Below, piece by piece: positions 51,551 through 59,392 of a stretch of DNA of 64,000 bases. The stretch's first letter is position 1. The number at the start of each line of letters is the position of its first letter. The notes beneath the pieces are model-generated. The model ran no database searches. It had not been told where the DNA came from and saw only the letters and a program-made list of their open reading frames with translations. Both the position numbers and the translations under genes were made by a program. The stretch is from Sedimentisphaerales bacterium (GTDB lineage: Bacteria; Planctomycetota; Phycisphaerae; Sedimentisphaerales; SM23-30), in the NCBI GenBank assembly GCA_963663805.2, contig CAXXMR010000012.1, positions 384,001 through 448,000 of the forward strand. Reading direction: 5' to 3'.

Positions 51551-53443
51551 ATGGATAAATTGACTCACAAAGATATCTGGGATGTGATGTTCGCCTTGGA
51601 CAAAAAGTATTTTCCGCTTAGTCGCAATTATCTTCAGCAGCCGAGAGGGTCAGGCAATTTCATCAACTCCCAAGTTCAAATGGAACCCAACAAACAGTAT
51701 TTAGACTTTGCCAAAACATTAAATCCTGTTGACCTTTATGCGTTAGATTTTGAGTTGAATCTTGCGATTCGCAGGATAGCAGATGTTGTCAAAATGTGTT
51801 CAGGTGATGACATATATGATGATGACTTTCTTAATAGAGTCCCTGAGATAGACAATAGGCTTATCAAGTTATTCTATCGATATAACGATAATTGTGAAAT
51901 CGATTTAGAATTCAAGAATATTCTTATACATATTTTTAATGAAATTGAGCATTACAATGAGTGTGTGCTGGATGAAATACATAAAGATGAATATGATCCA
52001 ATAAAAAAACTCGAAATAAGTCCTGAAATGCGAAAACTGGCCAGATTACAATTTGCACTTGAATATTATATTGAACAATCAGATATAGACTGGTGTATTA
52101 AAGCAGAGGCATTCTTACGCTCTCAATTCTATAATGATTTCAAGCTCAGTGACAATGAAACATTGATCCATATAAGCCATAAGGACTTCCTTGAGTTGGC
52201 AGCATTTGAGGGGGGCACTAATTCATCTTCGTCATATGCGGATATAAAAAACAGAGCTCTCAATGAAGGATACTTGCGTTGGGAGCAATATCGGCAGAGG
52301 TGGGATTTAATTTCATTGAATTTCAGTAACCCATTTGAAGGAGAACCTGATGATTTGAGTGCGTTGAGATTTGCTGATATTTCTAATATCCGCTTTTTAC
52401 ATAAACTGCTCTATAAGTCTGAATACCATAACCTTTCTTCTTCGCCGAACATTAAAGAATTCTGTTTATTACTGAATAATTTTCGCACAGACCTGTCAGC
52501 TATTAAGGTAAATATACCTTCAATCTATGAGCATCTTAAGCACAGCCTGTCTTTAGAAGAAAACACCTGCCCTTACGAAGATATTACCTCTTCAAACTAT
52601 GTACTGTCTGCAAAAGCAAGGATGTTCTGTATTATGTTTTTCTTCCTCATCGGCAGACTTTCTGATTCACCTCACGATAAGAAGCAATATAATGTATATA
52701 GTCACTTACTACTTACAGACCCTTCTCTTGAGGTTGATGATGATACATTCATAAAAGTAGTTGATACTCATAATAATGATAATATTAGGAATACGCCCTG
52801 GATATCTTTGGTATGTTTTAATACTTTGGCAATACAGGTTGCACAACCCAAGAAATATGTGAAAGATATTGAAACATTTTTTGGAATCATCAGAAATGAA
52901 CAAAGCGATTATGGATATTGGTATGATGGTTCTGTCAATCCTGAGTTTATGACAGTTCTTGCATTGGAAGCTCTCGACATTGGAAGGGGAAAATTAACAT
53001 TTTCACCCAACAAGTTTAAATTGTCCGAGTGTCGATCAGTCATTAATCGGCCACACATTGAGAGTGAAGAAGAGAATGAAGCAGAACCGTGGGTGGAATA
53101 CGACATTATATCACGAGTGTTGACTGTCGGCGATCAAAAGATTATTCTAACTACAACAATACTTGAGCTAATGGTAAAACTGATTAATGCAAGATACTTA
53201 ACTGGTCATCCTCCAGAAAGTACAAAGTCTTACAAATATGCTGTTGATTTTCTAAGGAAAAAGCTTAAATACAAAGATGCATTGAAATACATTATCAAGT
53301 CAAGATATGCATTTTCACATTCATGTGGTAAGAAGAAAAAAGTCTGTGTATATGAATTAGCCCCCAATGTCATTATTAATAAAAGGACATCGGTAAAAAC
53401 AAGTTCTGCCGACATGGACAAGCTTCCGGCAAGGAAAACTTAG
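51551..53443 (+). CDS. Large hypothetical protein with C-terminal OmpR/PhoB-like winged helix
   Basis: C-terminal YDIISRVLTVGDQKIILTTTILELMVKL resembles an OmpR-type wHTH; QSDYGYW...TVLALEAL resembles a prenyltransferase-type repeat. Confidence 0.55.
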   Translation: MDKLTHKDIWDVMFALDKKYFPLSRNYLQQPRGSGNFINSQVQMEPNKQYLDFAKTLNPVDLYALDFELNLAIRRIADVVKMCSGDDIYDDDFLNRVPEIDNRLIKLFYRYNDNCEIDLEFKNILIHIFNEIEHYNECVLDEIHKDEYDPIKKLEISPEMRKLARLQFALEYYIEQSDIDWCIKAEAFLRSQFYNDFKLSDNETLIHISHKDFLELAAFEGGTNSSSSYADIKNRALNEGYLRWEQYRQRWDLISLNFSNPFEGEPDDLSALRFADISNIRFLHKLLYKSEYHNLSSSPNIKEFCLLLNNFRTDLSAIKVNIPSIYEHLKHSLSLEENTCPYEDITSSNYVLSAKARMFCIMFFFLIGRLSDSPHDKKQYNVYSHLLLTDPSLEVDDDTFIKVVDTHNNDNIRNTPWISLVCFNTLAIQVAQPKKYVKDIETFFGIIRNEQSDYGYWYDGSVNPEFMTVLALEALDIGRGKLTFSPNKFKLSECRSVINRPHIESEEENEAEPWVEYDIISRVLTVGDQKIILTTTILELMVKLINARYLTGHPPESTKSYKYAVDFLRKKLKYKDALKYIIKSRYAFSHSCGKKKKVCVYELAPNVIINKRTSVKTSSADMDKLPARKT

Positions 53444-53480
53444 CACACATTATCACTTGAATTTCCCTTCTTTTCGCCCG

Positions 53481-53508
53481 AGCGGAGCCAAAGCGGAATC
53501 GTAGCGGA
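53481..53508 (+). promoter_or_regulatory. Three AGCGGA direct repeats at 11-bp period
   Basis: AGCGGA at 53481, 53492 and 53503; a further TTCCGC...GCGGAA inverted pair at 53603-53625. Confidence 0.55.
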
Positions 53509-53695
53509 CGACACCAAAGTTATAGCCATTATACAGCTAAAGCCTTATTGAAACAGAGGTTGCGGTTGTTTTTCGCCCTTATTCCCCCCCATATTACAGC
53601 TTTTCCGCGTTCGTTGGAAGCGGAATCTTCCTTAATACGACGGACCTAAACGTTAGGCCAAAAATGTAAATTTTAATCGTAGAAAGGAAGTAAAA

Positions 53696-55084
53696 ATGCA
53701 AAATGTGGCAGTAAAAATCAATCAGATGCACAGCGGTATGGTAAAAAATACCATCGAAACCGCCCGTAAAATCGGCAAGCTCTTATATGATCAAAAAAAG
53801 GCTTGCGGTCATGGCCAGTGGGAAAAGTGGATTGAAAACAATCTCGATTTCAGCAAATCAACAGTAAAAAGATATATGGATGTTTATGAGAAATATCAAA
53901 ATGACAAAAACGTCAAGTTGAAGGATTTGAATCTTAGTGAATTATATAAGGATGTGGCCAATAAGAAAAAAGCGAAACGCACCAATGAGGATCATCGCAG
54001 CAATGACAAAGCCAGAGCAGTAATTAGAGAACTCTTCGCTAATAGGCAGCATGACTATAATAATCCCCCTAAAGGTAAAGTTTTAAATCAGATCATTAAC
54101 GGTGATACTCTTGATATTATGCGTAAGATGAAATCTAATAGTGTTCATCTCATTTGTACCAGTATTCCGTATAATAACAATCTATACTATGGGCCACACT
54201 TTAACGACAACAGGCCTTATCAAGAGTATCTTGATTGGTTGGGTGAATTTGTTACTCTTTGCTATCGAGTATTAGTAAAGGGAGGAAAACTTATAATCAA
54301 TTGCGATAACATGACAAACAAGGATAGAGATAAAAATGGTGAATTTACTTATCGTCATGCCTTAGATTGCGATCTGCGTTATAAGGTTCGAGAGCTTAAG
54401 TTGGGGCTATTAGAATATCAAGATATTATTTGGTATAAGTATAATAATGGTGGAGCTAAAATTAAATGTTGGGGTTCATACGCTTCTCCTTCTCAGCCAA
54501 ATTTTCTTAACTGTAAAGAGCACTTTATAATTTGGGCAAAAGATACATATAAATTAGAGCAGCCAAAAGGAGTTGAAGCTGATATTACAAAAGACGAATT
54601 TGAAGAATGGACTTATAATGTATGGTCCATTCATCCTAACACAAACATTAATTGCCCTCATCCTTGCACTTGGCCAGAACGTCTAACTGAACGTTTTATT
54701 AAACTTTTCAGTTTTCCAAATCAAGTCGTAATGGACCCATTTTGTGGGAGTGGAACAACTAGTTACTCAGCCAAACAGTTGGATAGGCAGTTTATTGGAA
54801 TTGACCAGAATTCAAACTACAGCCAGTGGGCAAAGGATAGAATTGATGGTAAAGATATGACTATGGTTCTTGCTGAATTTCTGTTGAGCGTAAAATCAGA
54901 ATTGGAAAATAAGTTATCGCCTGAATTAGTTGCTAACAAATACGGTCGGTATTTTAGAATGGCAACCCCCGAAGGGGAAAGGTGTAAAGCAAGAGTATCT
55001 AAATCTGAAACATTGAAGAGGGCACAAACCATAAAGAATACAAATACCCTCTCTAAAAAGAAGCAGAGAAAGGAGGTAGCTTAA
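53696..55084 (+). CDS. Orphan beta-class N4/N6 DNA methyltransferase with DUF3102-like N-terminus
   Basis: IGKLL...GHGQWEKWIE...RYM N domain; TSIPY (motif IV variant) precedes HP..WP and DPFCGSGTT (motif I). Confidence 0.88.
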   Translation: MQNVAVKINQMHSGMVKNTIETARKIGKLLYDQKKACGHGQWEKWIENNLDFSKSTVKRYMDVYEKYQNDKNVKLKDLNLSELYKDVANKKKAKRTNEDHRSNDKARAVIRELFANRQHDYNNPPKGKVLNQIINGDTLDIMRKMKSNSVHLICTSIPYNNNLYYGPHFNDNRPYQEYLDWLGEFVTLCYRVLVKGGKLIINCDNMTNKDRDKNGEFTYRHALDCDLRYKVRELKLGLLEYQDIIWYKYNNGGAKIKCWGSYASPSQPNFLNCKEHFIIWAKDTYKLEQPKGVEADITKDEFEEWTYNVWSIHPNTNINCPHPCTWPERLTERFIKLFSFPNQVVMDPFCGSGTTSYSAKQLDRQFIGIDQNSNYSQWAKDRIDGKDMTMVLAEFLLSVKSELENKLSPELVANKYGRYFRMATPEGERCKARVSKSETLKRAQTIKNTNTLSKKKQRKEVA

Positions 55085-55211
55085 AAGTCAGAGTTTTGTT
55101 GTTGCTTGATGTAGATGTCGGCCAATGTGCCACGTCTGCATTACTAGAAAGTAGAATCTAAAGCGTTTAAAGAATAATTTGAAGACAATATTTCAATAAG
55201 GAGACTTTAAA

Positions 55212-55637
55212 ATGTCAAAGGCAAAAAAAAGAATTAGTGGAAGAAATCGGAGAAATTCAACTCAGAAGCAAGATTTCGGATTTGTCGACTTTCCTGCTGG
55301 TGGTGCATTGTTTTATAAAAGCGATAAAGGTAACTGTTTACATGTTTTTGACAACATTGGTTTTATGGCAATCGATATGTCCGGAAAGAGTTTTGAAATT
55401 GAGGGCTTGGTTTTTGATACAGAAAGAGGCTGGTATGATGCAAATGCAGATATTCCAAAATACTACGGCAAGAGCGTATATAGTGCATGTATGGATTATG
55501 CTGTAGATAGAGCAATAAGTGATAATTGGTATTTACAGCTTGCTATATTTGGTAAAAAAAGACCTGCTGAAAGTGCTATGTTGATTAGTTATGACGATCT
55601 CGTGAGTCGTTTAGAGAGTGAATGCTGTTCCGCATAG
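55212..55637 (+). CDS. Hypothetical protein
   Basis: TAAGGAG RBS, 141 aa. Confidence 0.65.
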   Translation: MSKAKKRISGRNRRNSTQKQDFGFVDFPAGGALFYKSDKGNCLHVFDNIGFMAIDMSGKSFEIEGLVFDTERGWYDANADIPKYYGKSVYSACMDYAVDRAISDNWYLQLAIFGKKRPAESAMLISYDDLVSRLESECCSA

Positions 55638-55692
55638 TATTAATTATAACTAACATATACTCACAGCAAACGTTTCGTAGTGTTTTATATTT

Positions 55693-55731
55693 AGTCAGAG
55701 CATTGGCGATATTTCCGATGCTCTGACTTTG
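55693..55731 (+). terminator. 14-bp hairpin, probable terminator
   Basis: AGTCAGAGCATTGG-N8-CCGATGCTCTGACT then TT. Confidence 0.5.
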
Positions 55732-55784
55732 ATGAGAAGTGCTTTAAACTTTTTTCATAAAAACTTTATCTTCTATTTTTTTTG

Positions 55785-55813
55785 TTGGAAAGTGATTAAT
55801 TTTCTGATAGAAT
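55785..55813 (+). promoter_or_regulatory. sigma70-like promoter P1 upstream of the solitary repeat unit
   Basis: TTGGAA-N17-TAGAAT. Confidence 0.55.
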
Positions 55814-55842
55814 ACTCGAAGTCAGGGGTAAACAACTTCTGA

Positions 55843-55874
55843 CATTCTCAACTGATAGTTGAGTGGGTTGAAAT
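55843..55874 (+). CRISPR. Solitary CRISPR-repeat-like unit (I-C-like geometry)
   Basis: CATT-CTCAACT-GAT-AGTTGAG-TGGGTTGAAAT: 7-bp stem + 11-nt 3' handle. Confidence 0.6.
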
Positions 55875-56035
55875 ATTATAATTATCCAGATGAATTTACA
55901 GTATAATATTTTAGTGCTGTTGAACGATGCTCTCTGAAAAGTGAATAATATAAAATAGTCATTAATATTTTATATCTTATTTTTGGATACGAGTTCTAAG
56001 AAAATGTCAAATCATACATTGGACTCATTTTTTCC

Positions 56036-56064
56036 TTGAAAAGTGAAATACATTTTAGTATAGT
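56036..56064 (+). promoter_or_regulatory. sigma70-like promoter P2 upstream of the hairpin/repeat cassette
   Basis: TTGAAA-N17-TATAGT. Confidence 0.6.
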
Positions 56065-56099
56065 AATGTAAGAATAAAAGTTAATATGAGTTTGTTGAG

Positions 56100-56219
56100 T
56101 TGAGTGTTTGCAGTGTGTTCCATCCTGAAGTAAATTATCATGGTAATCATCAATTATTGATGGGATACAGATAGTTTTCTTGATACACCTTCAGTGTGGG
56201 ATACACTGCGAACACTCAA
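56100..56219 (+). ncRNA. Long stem-loop (putative structured RNA element)
   Basis: TTGAGTGTTTGCAGTGTGTTCCA pairs with TGGGATACACTGCGAACACTCAA (23 bp, 3 G-U); inner CTGAAG/CTTCAG and CATCAA/TTGATG stems. Confidence 0.6.
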
Positions 56220-56258
56220 GAAGTTCCTGTAGAATTTGCTATGTATATAGCAAAGATC

Positions 56259-56343
56259 AGTTTCCCCACGCAAGTGGGGGTGTTCCTATATTAGGATGTG
56301 CCAGGGTTTTAGCAAAACAGTGTCCCCACGTTAGTGGGGTGTT
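56259..56343 (+). CRISPR. Type I-E-like mini-array (repeat-spacer-repeat), no cas genes in window
   Basis: AGTTT-CCCCAC-GCAA-GTGGGG-GTGTTCCT, 31-nt spacer, AGTGT-CCCCAC-GTTA-GTGGGG-TGTT; period 60. Confidence 0.78.
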
Positions 56344-56346
56344 AGA

Positions 56347-56516
56347 TTAACATCTATTATAGATGTTTGGGTTGAAACGAATGTGTTTGTATTGCTTGAG
56401 TTAAATACTTAAGTATCTTAGCCATTAAGGTTAAGTGGATTACAGTGATAGTAGTATTACTATGTTTAAACTTAATGTTTAGGCATCTCAGTCTTTGAGA
56501 TTGAGTGGATTACAAT
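56347..56516 (+). CRISPR. Three degenerate I-C-like repeat units with ~35-nt spacers
   Basis: 7-bp stem / 5-nt loop / 11-nt handle ending at 56378 (TGGGTTGAAAC), 56446 (TGGATTACAGT) and 56516 (TGGATTACAAT); periods 68 and 70. Confidence 0.68.
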
Positions 56517-56553
56517 GCTGTAGTGATTGTTGAGTTTGCTAAACTTGGCAGAA

Positions 56554-56590
56554 GAAGCCATCAGATTAATTTCTGGTGGCTTTTTTGTTT
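56554..56590 (+). terminator. Intrinsic terminator closing the repeat cassette
   Basis: GAAGCCATCAGA-TTAATT-TCTGGTGGCTT followed by TTTTGTTT. Confidence 0.8.
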
Positions 56591-56742
56591 TATATTCCTT
56601 GAGCAAAATATTTTAAAATTATCCTCAAAAGGGGCTGATTAGTGAAAAACAAATAATTAAAATATAAGCATGATCAGGAGTAATTGGGTTATTGCTGACA
56701 CAAAAATAATAAAAAGTTCTCATTTTAAAGGAGATTGAGATA

Positions 56743-57099
56743 ATGAATGAGTTTAAATGTGAAGAATGTGGCTCAATTAAACTGGGCTATAAAAAGTATG
56801 TAAAATGCACTATGCCAGTTGAGATTGCTAATGGGCAAATCACCTATGGGCTATCAACAGTTGATGAAGATAATTATTTGGCCACATGTAATGGATTTTG
56901 CTGTATGGACTGTCAAAGTTTGATCGAATACTGTGGCTGTAACCTTGAAACAGAGGAAGAGCTTAGGGGATATTATAACCTGGATCCAAAATTAAAACAA
57001 CAGCAGCAAGATGAATATGATGATATTATTAAGGCTAAAATTGAGGCTCAGGAAGAACTGGGTCGAGATAAGTTATTATATGAAGAAGAATCCGTTTAA
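56743..57099 (+). CDS. Small Cys-rich (Zn-ribbon-like), acidic hypothetical protein
   Basis: AAGGAG RBS; CEECGS and CCMDC motifs. Confidence 0.7.
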   Translation: MNEFKCEECGSIKLGYKKYVKCTMPVEIANGQITYGLSTVDEDNYLATCNGFCCMDCQSLIEYCGCNLETEEELRGYYNLDPKLKQQQQDEYDDIIKAKIEAQEELGRDKLLYEEESV

Positions 57100-57308
57100 A
57101 TATTTCCCGGCAAAAAAGGAATTTTCTTATTTTTATCGAATATATATATGAACAGAGTGTAGGCTGAGTTGTAATGTTGGCAGCAAGAAAACCAAGACGA
57201 AATTTTAAGAAAGAATATATGATGAATTAATCAGAAGTAACAATCTGGTTTTCTTGCTTTTACCCTGTGTGGCTACACCTGCACAGGGTTTTTATTTTGG
57301 TAAATATA

Positions 57309-57608
57309 ATGGTTTTAATCAAAATTAATACATTAGTTGAATACACTAATCCTGAGCAAAGTAAAGTTTTTTTGCGGATTTTAACTGAATTATATTATGA
57401 TGCTTTTCCTTTCTTTAACAAAGAAGAGATATCAGCTGATATAATCAATATCCAACATCCTGCGGATGTAGGATATTTCGCGGTGACCAGCAGAGCTGTC
57501 CCCCGCGATTTATTCTACTTCGGATTTATTTCAGGAATATTATTATTTCAACATTTTCATTTATACATACGAGCAAAGCGAGTTCTTCTACAAAATATAA
57601 TAACCTGA
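57309..57608 (+). CDS. Possible small hypothetical protein
   Basis: 99-codon ORF after the terminator at 57262-57293; weak RBS. Confidence 0.3.
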   Translation: MVLIKINTLVEYTNPEQSKVFLRILTELYYDAFPFFNKEEISADIINIQHPADVGYFAVTSRAVPRDLFYFGFISGILLFQHFHLYIRAKRVLLQNIIT

Positions 57609-57835
57609 TAATTATTGAAATACTATCAGCAACAATGACTATTGTTGTTGATTTCAGCGAGTATCCTTTAGGATATGAGCTGATCAACTTAATTTATCTA
57701 TTTTTATTAAAGCTTATATTATTACCCATTAGTCTTTTTTTAGGCAACACGTCGCAAAAAAAGCAAAAAAAATATAATTTTTATGAAAAAACTGAATTTT
57801 ATTGAAAAAGTGGCATTTTAAGACAGGAAAAATGA

Positions 57836-58564
57836 ATGGATTACGATAAATCGAAACAAACGGCATTTATCCAAAGGGATATTTTCAGATCAACATATTC
57901 CTATTTCAGGCAATGTGACCGCATATTTACGGACTATATCTATGGGGATCCGTATTATCAAACTTTATGCGACTTGATATACTCATTTCTGGGCAGATGG
58001 CAGATAGACTACTCAATCGACTGCCAATGTCTTGGACTGATAGATGTTGTCCAGTTGGTATCAGACTTGTACGCAGTATTTATCAAAGCAGACGTAAAAG
58101 TTAAAGAGCATAAAGCTATGCTCAGTGAGCGATATAGAAAGAATTATATACACAAGGCTTTGAGGAATGCAACATGGAAGCTGCTGCATAAGCAGTTACA
58201 GAGATATATCATAATAAAAGATCAACAGTCTGATATTGAAAAGGTGTTGAATGACAATCTCAGGAGTTTTAGATATGTCAGTTTTGATGTCTACGAAGAG
58301 GATAACTTTGTCGATCAAATCTCATATGAAAGATGGGTGGCAGAATCTGAGATAGTTCGAGATCGTGAGAGAAAGACAGATGTTATCAAAGAAATGAGTT
58401 CTATTCTTAGTGCTTCAGAAGCACAAATCATAGATTTAACTTTAGAAGGATGGCATTTTTCCGATATGGCTGAAACCTTAAAATTGGAAGTAGAACAGGT
58501 CAGAAAAATATTCCATCGAGCAAAAAATAAATTAACAAATCACTATCAAATAACGAGGAGGTGA
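57836..58564 (+). CDS. Sigma70 region-4 HTH protein (ECF/phage sigma-like)
   Basis: LSASEAQIIDLTLEGWHFSDMAETLKLEVEQVRKIFHRAKNKL; region-2-like YIHKALRNATWKLL. Confidence 0.7.
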   Translation: MDYDKSKQTAFIQRDIFRSTYSYFRQCDRIFTDYIYGDPYYQTLCDLIYSFLGRWQIDYSIDCQCLGLIDVVQLVSDLYAVFIKADVKVKEHKAMLSERYRKNYIHKALRNATWKLLHKQLQRYIIIKDQQSDIEKVLNDNLRSFRYVSFDVYEEDNFVDQISYERWVAESEIVRDRERKTDVIKEMSSILSASEAQIIDLTLEGWHFSDMAETLKLEVEQVRKIFHRAKNKLTNHYQITRR

Positions 58565-58568
58565 TACT

Positions 58569-58733
58569 ATGGCGAAACGTCAAAATCACAAACAGGCAAG
58601 AATCGGAAAAGAAATGCAGGCAACGTTGGATTTAATAGCCTTAATTCTTGATCCAGCAGAAAATGAAAAACTGCAAAAGCATTATGACATGCTGCTGAAT
58701 GAATGGACAAAAGCGGGCAGAGAACGCAGGTGA
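58569..58733 (+). CDS. 54-aa small protein (not in the ORF track)
   Basis: AGGAGGTG RBS overlapping the sigma-like stop; MAKRQNHKQARIGKEMQATLDLIALILDPAENEKLQKHYDMLLNEWTKAGRERR. Confidence 0.65.
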   Translation: MAKRQNHKQARIGKEMQATLDLIALILDPAENEKLQKHYDMLLNEWTKAGRERR

Positions 58734-58987
58734 GCCACAATTAGCCCAGGATTGATTTTAATCCCCAAAGGGTTCTATTGGGGAATCAATAAATCCCCAC
58801 AGAATTGATCCTGGGGCATCTGGTGGCAAGGGGATATTTGTTATATTGTAATATAATATTTGATACAGTACCTGTTCAATTTCTGACTAATTTCTATCAA
58901 TTTTCTGCTCAAAACTTTCCACCAGAATAGAAATTTCTTCATTTTATAAGTTTGTAGAGGTGAACTTGTATATTTGGAGAAATATCG

Positions 58988-59332
58988 ATGCTTTCAGTAG
59001 AAGAGATCAAAAATGGCCTGAATCAGTTTCATGGGACAGAGAATTACTGGAAAAACAATCTATTAACTTTTCGTTATACTGACGGGGTTAAATTTCTCCA
59101 TGAATCTTGCGAGGCATACTGGCTGCTCCAGGCGATCTCCAGTTATAAGAGAAAAGAGCATTTTCAGGCTTGGAAGTTAAAAGTAAAAGACCACTCTGCA
59201 ATTCTGACCATGAGGGAAGATACTGGAGAACCAGTAAAAGTAAGACAAGAAATAATATTTACCGATTTCCCCCTTCCCGAAATTACTTTGTGGTTAATTG
59301 ATGGTATTCTCATTCTTCCCTCCGAATATTAA
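58988..59332 (+). CDS. DUF6876-like mobile-element protein
   Basis: FHGTENYW, YTDGV, AYWLL.AI, FTDFP, C-terminal LPSEY. Confidence 0.75.
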   Translation: MLSVEEIKNGLNQFHGTENYWKNNLLTFRYTDGVKFLHESCEAYWLLQAISSYKRKEHFQAWKLKVKDHSAILTMREDTGEPVKVRQEIIFTDFPLPEITLWLIDGILILPSEY

Positions 59333-59392
59333 TCCTACCAGAATGATAATTTTTAATCCTTATATTATTGCTGAAGAACTTTGGAGCAAAAA

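Noticed and set aside
56100..56219. Retron msr-msd or DGR interpretation of the long hairpin
   Set aside because: No reverse transcriptase (YxDD) ORF in the window
56259..56516. Calling this one ordinary CRISPR array
   Set aside because: Repeats are of two architectures and non-identical, periods vary (60, 68, 70), spacers resemble each other, and no cas genes are adjacent
51551..58564. Possibility that neighbouring ORFs are Cas, TnpB or Cas12 effectors for the repeat cassette
   Set aside because: No RuvC, HNH, HEPN, RAMP glycine-loop or Cas3 motifs recognisable by eye; a remote-homology search is still advisable
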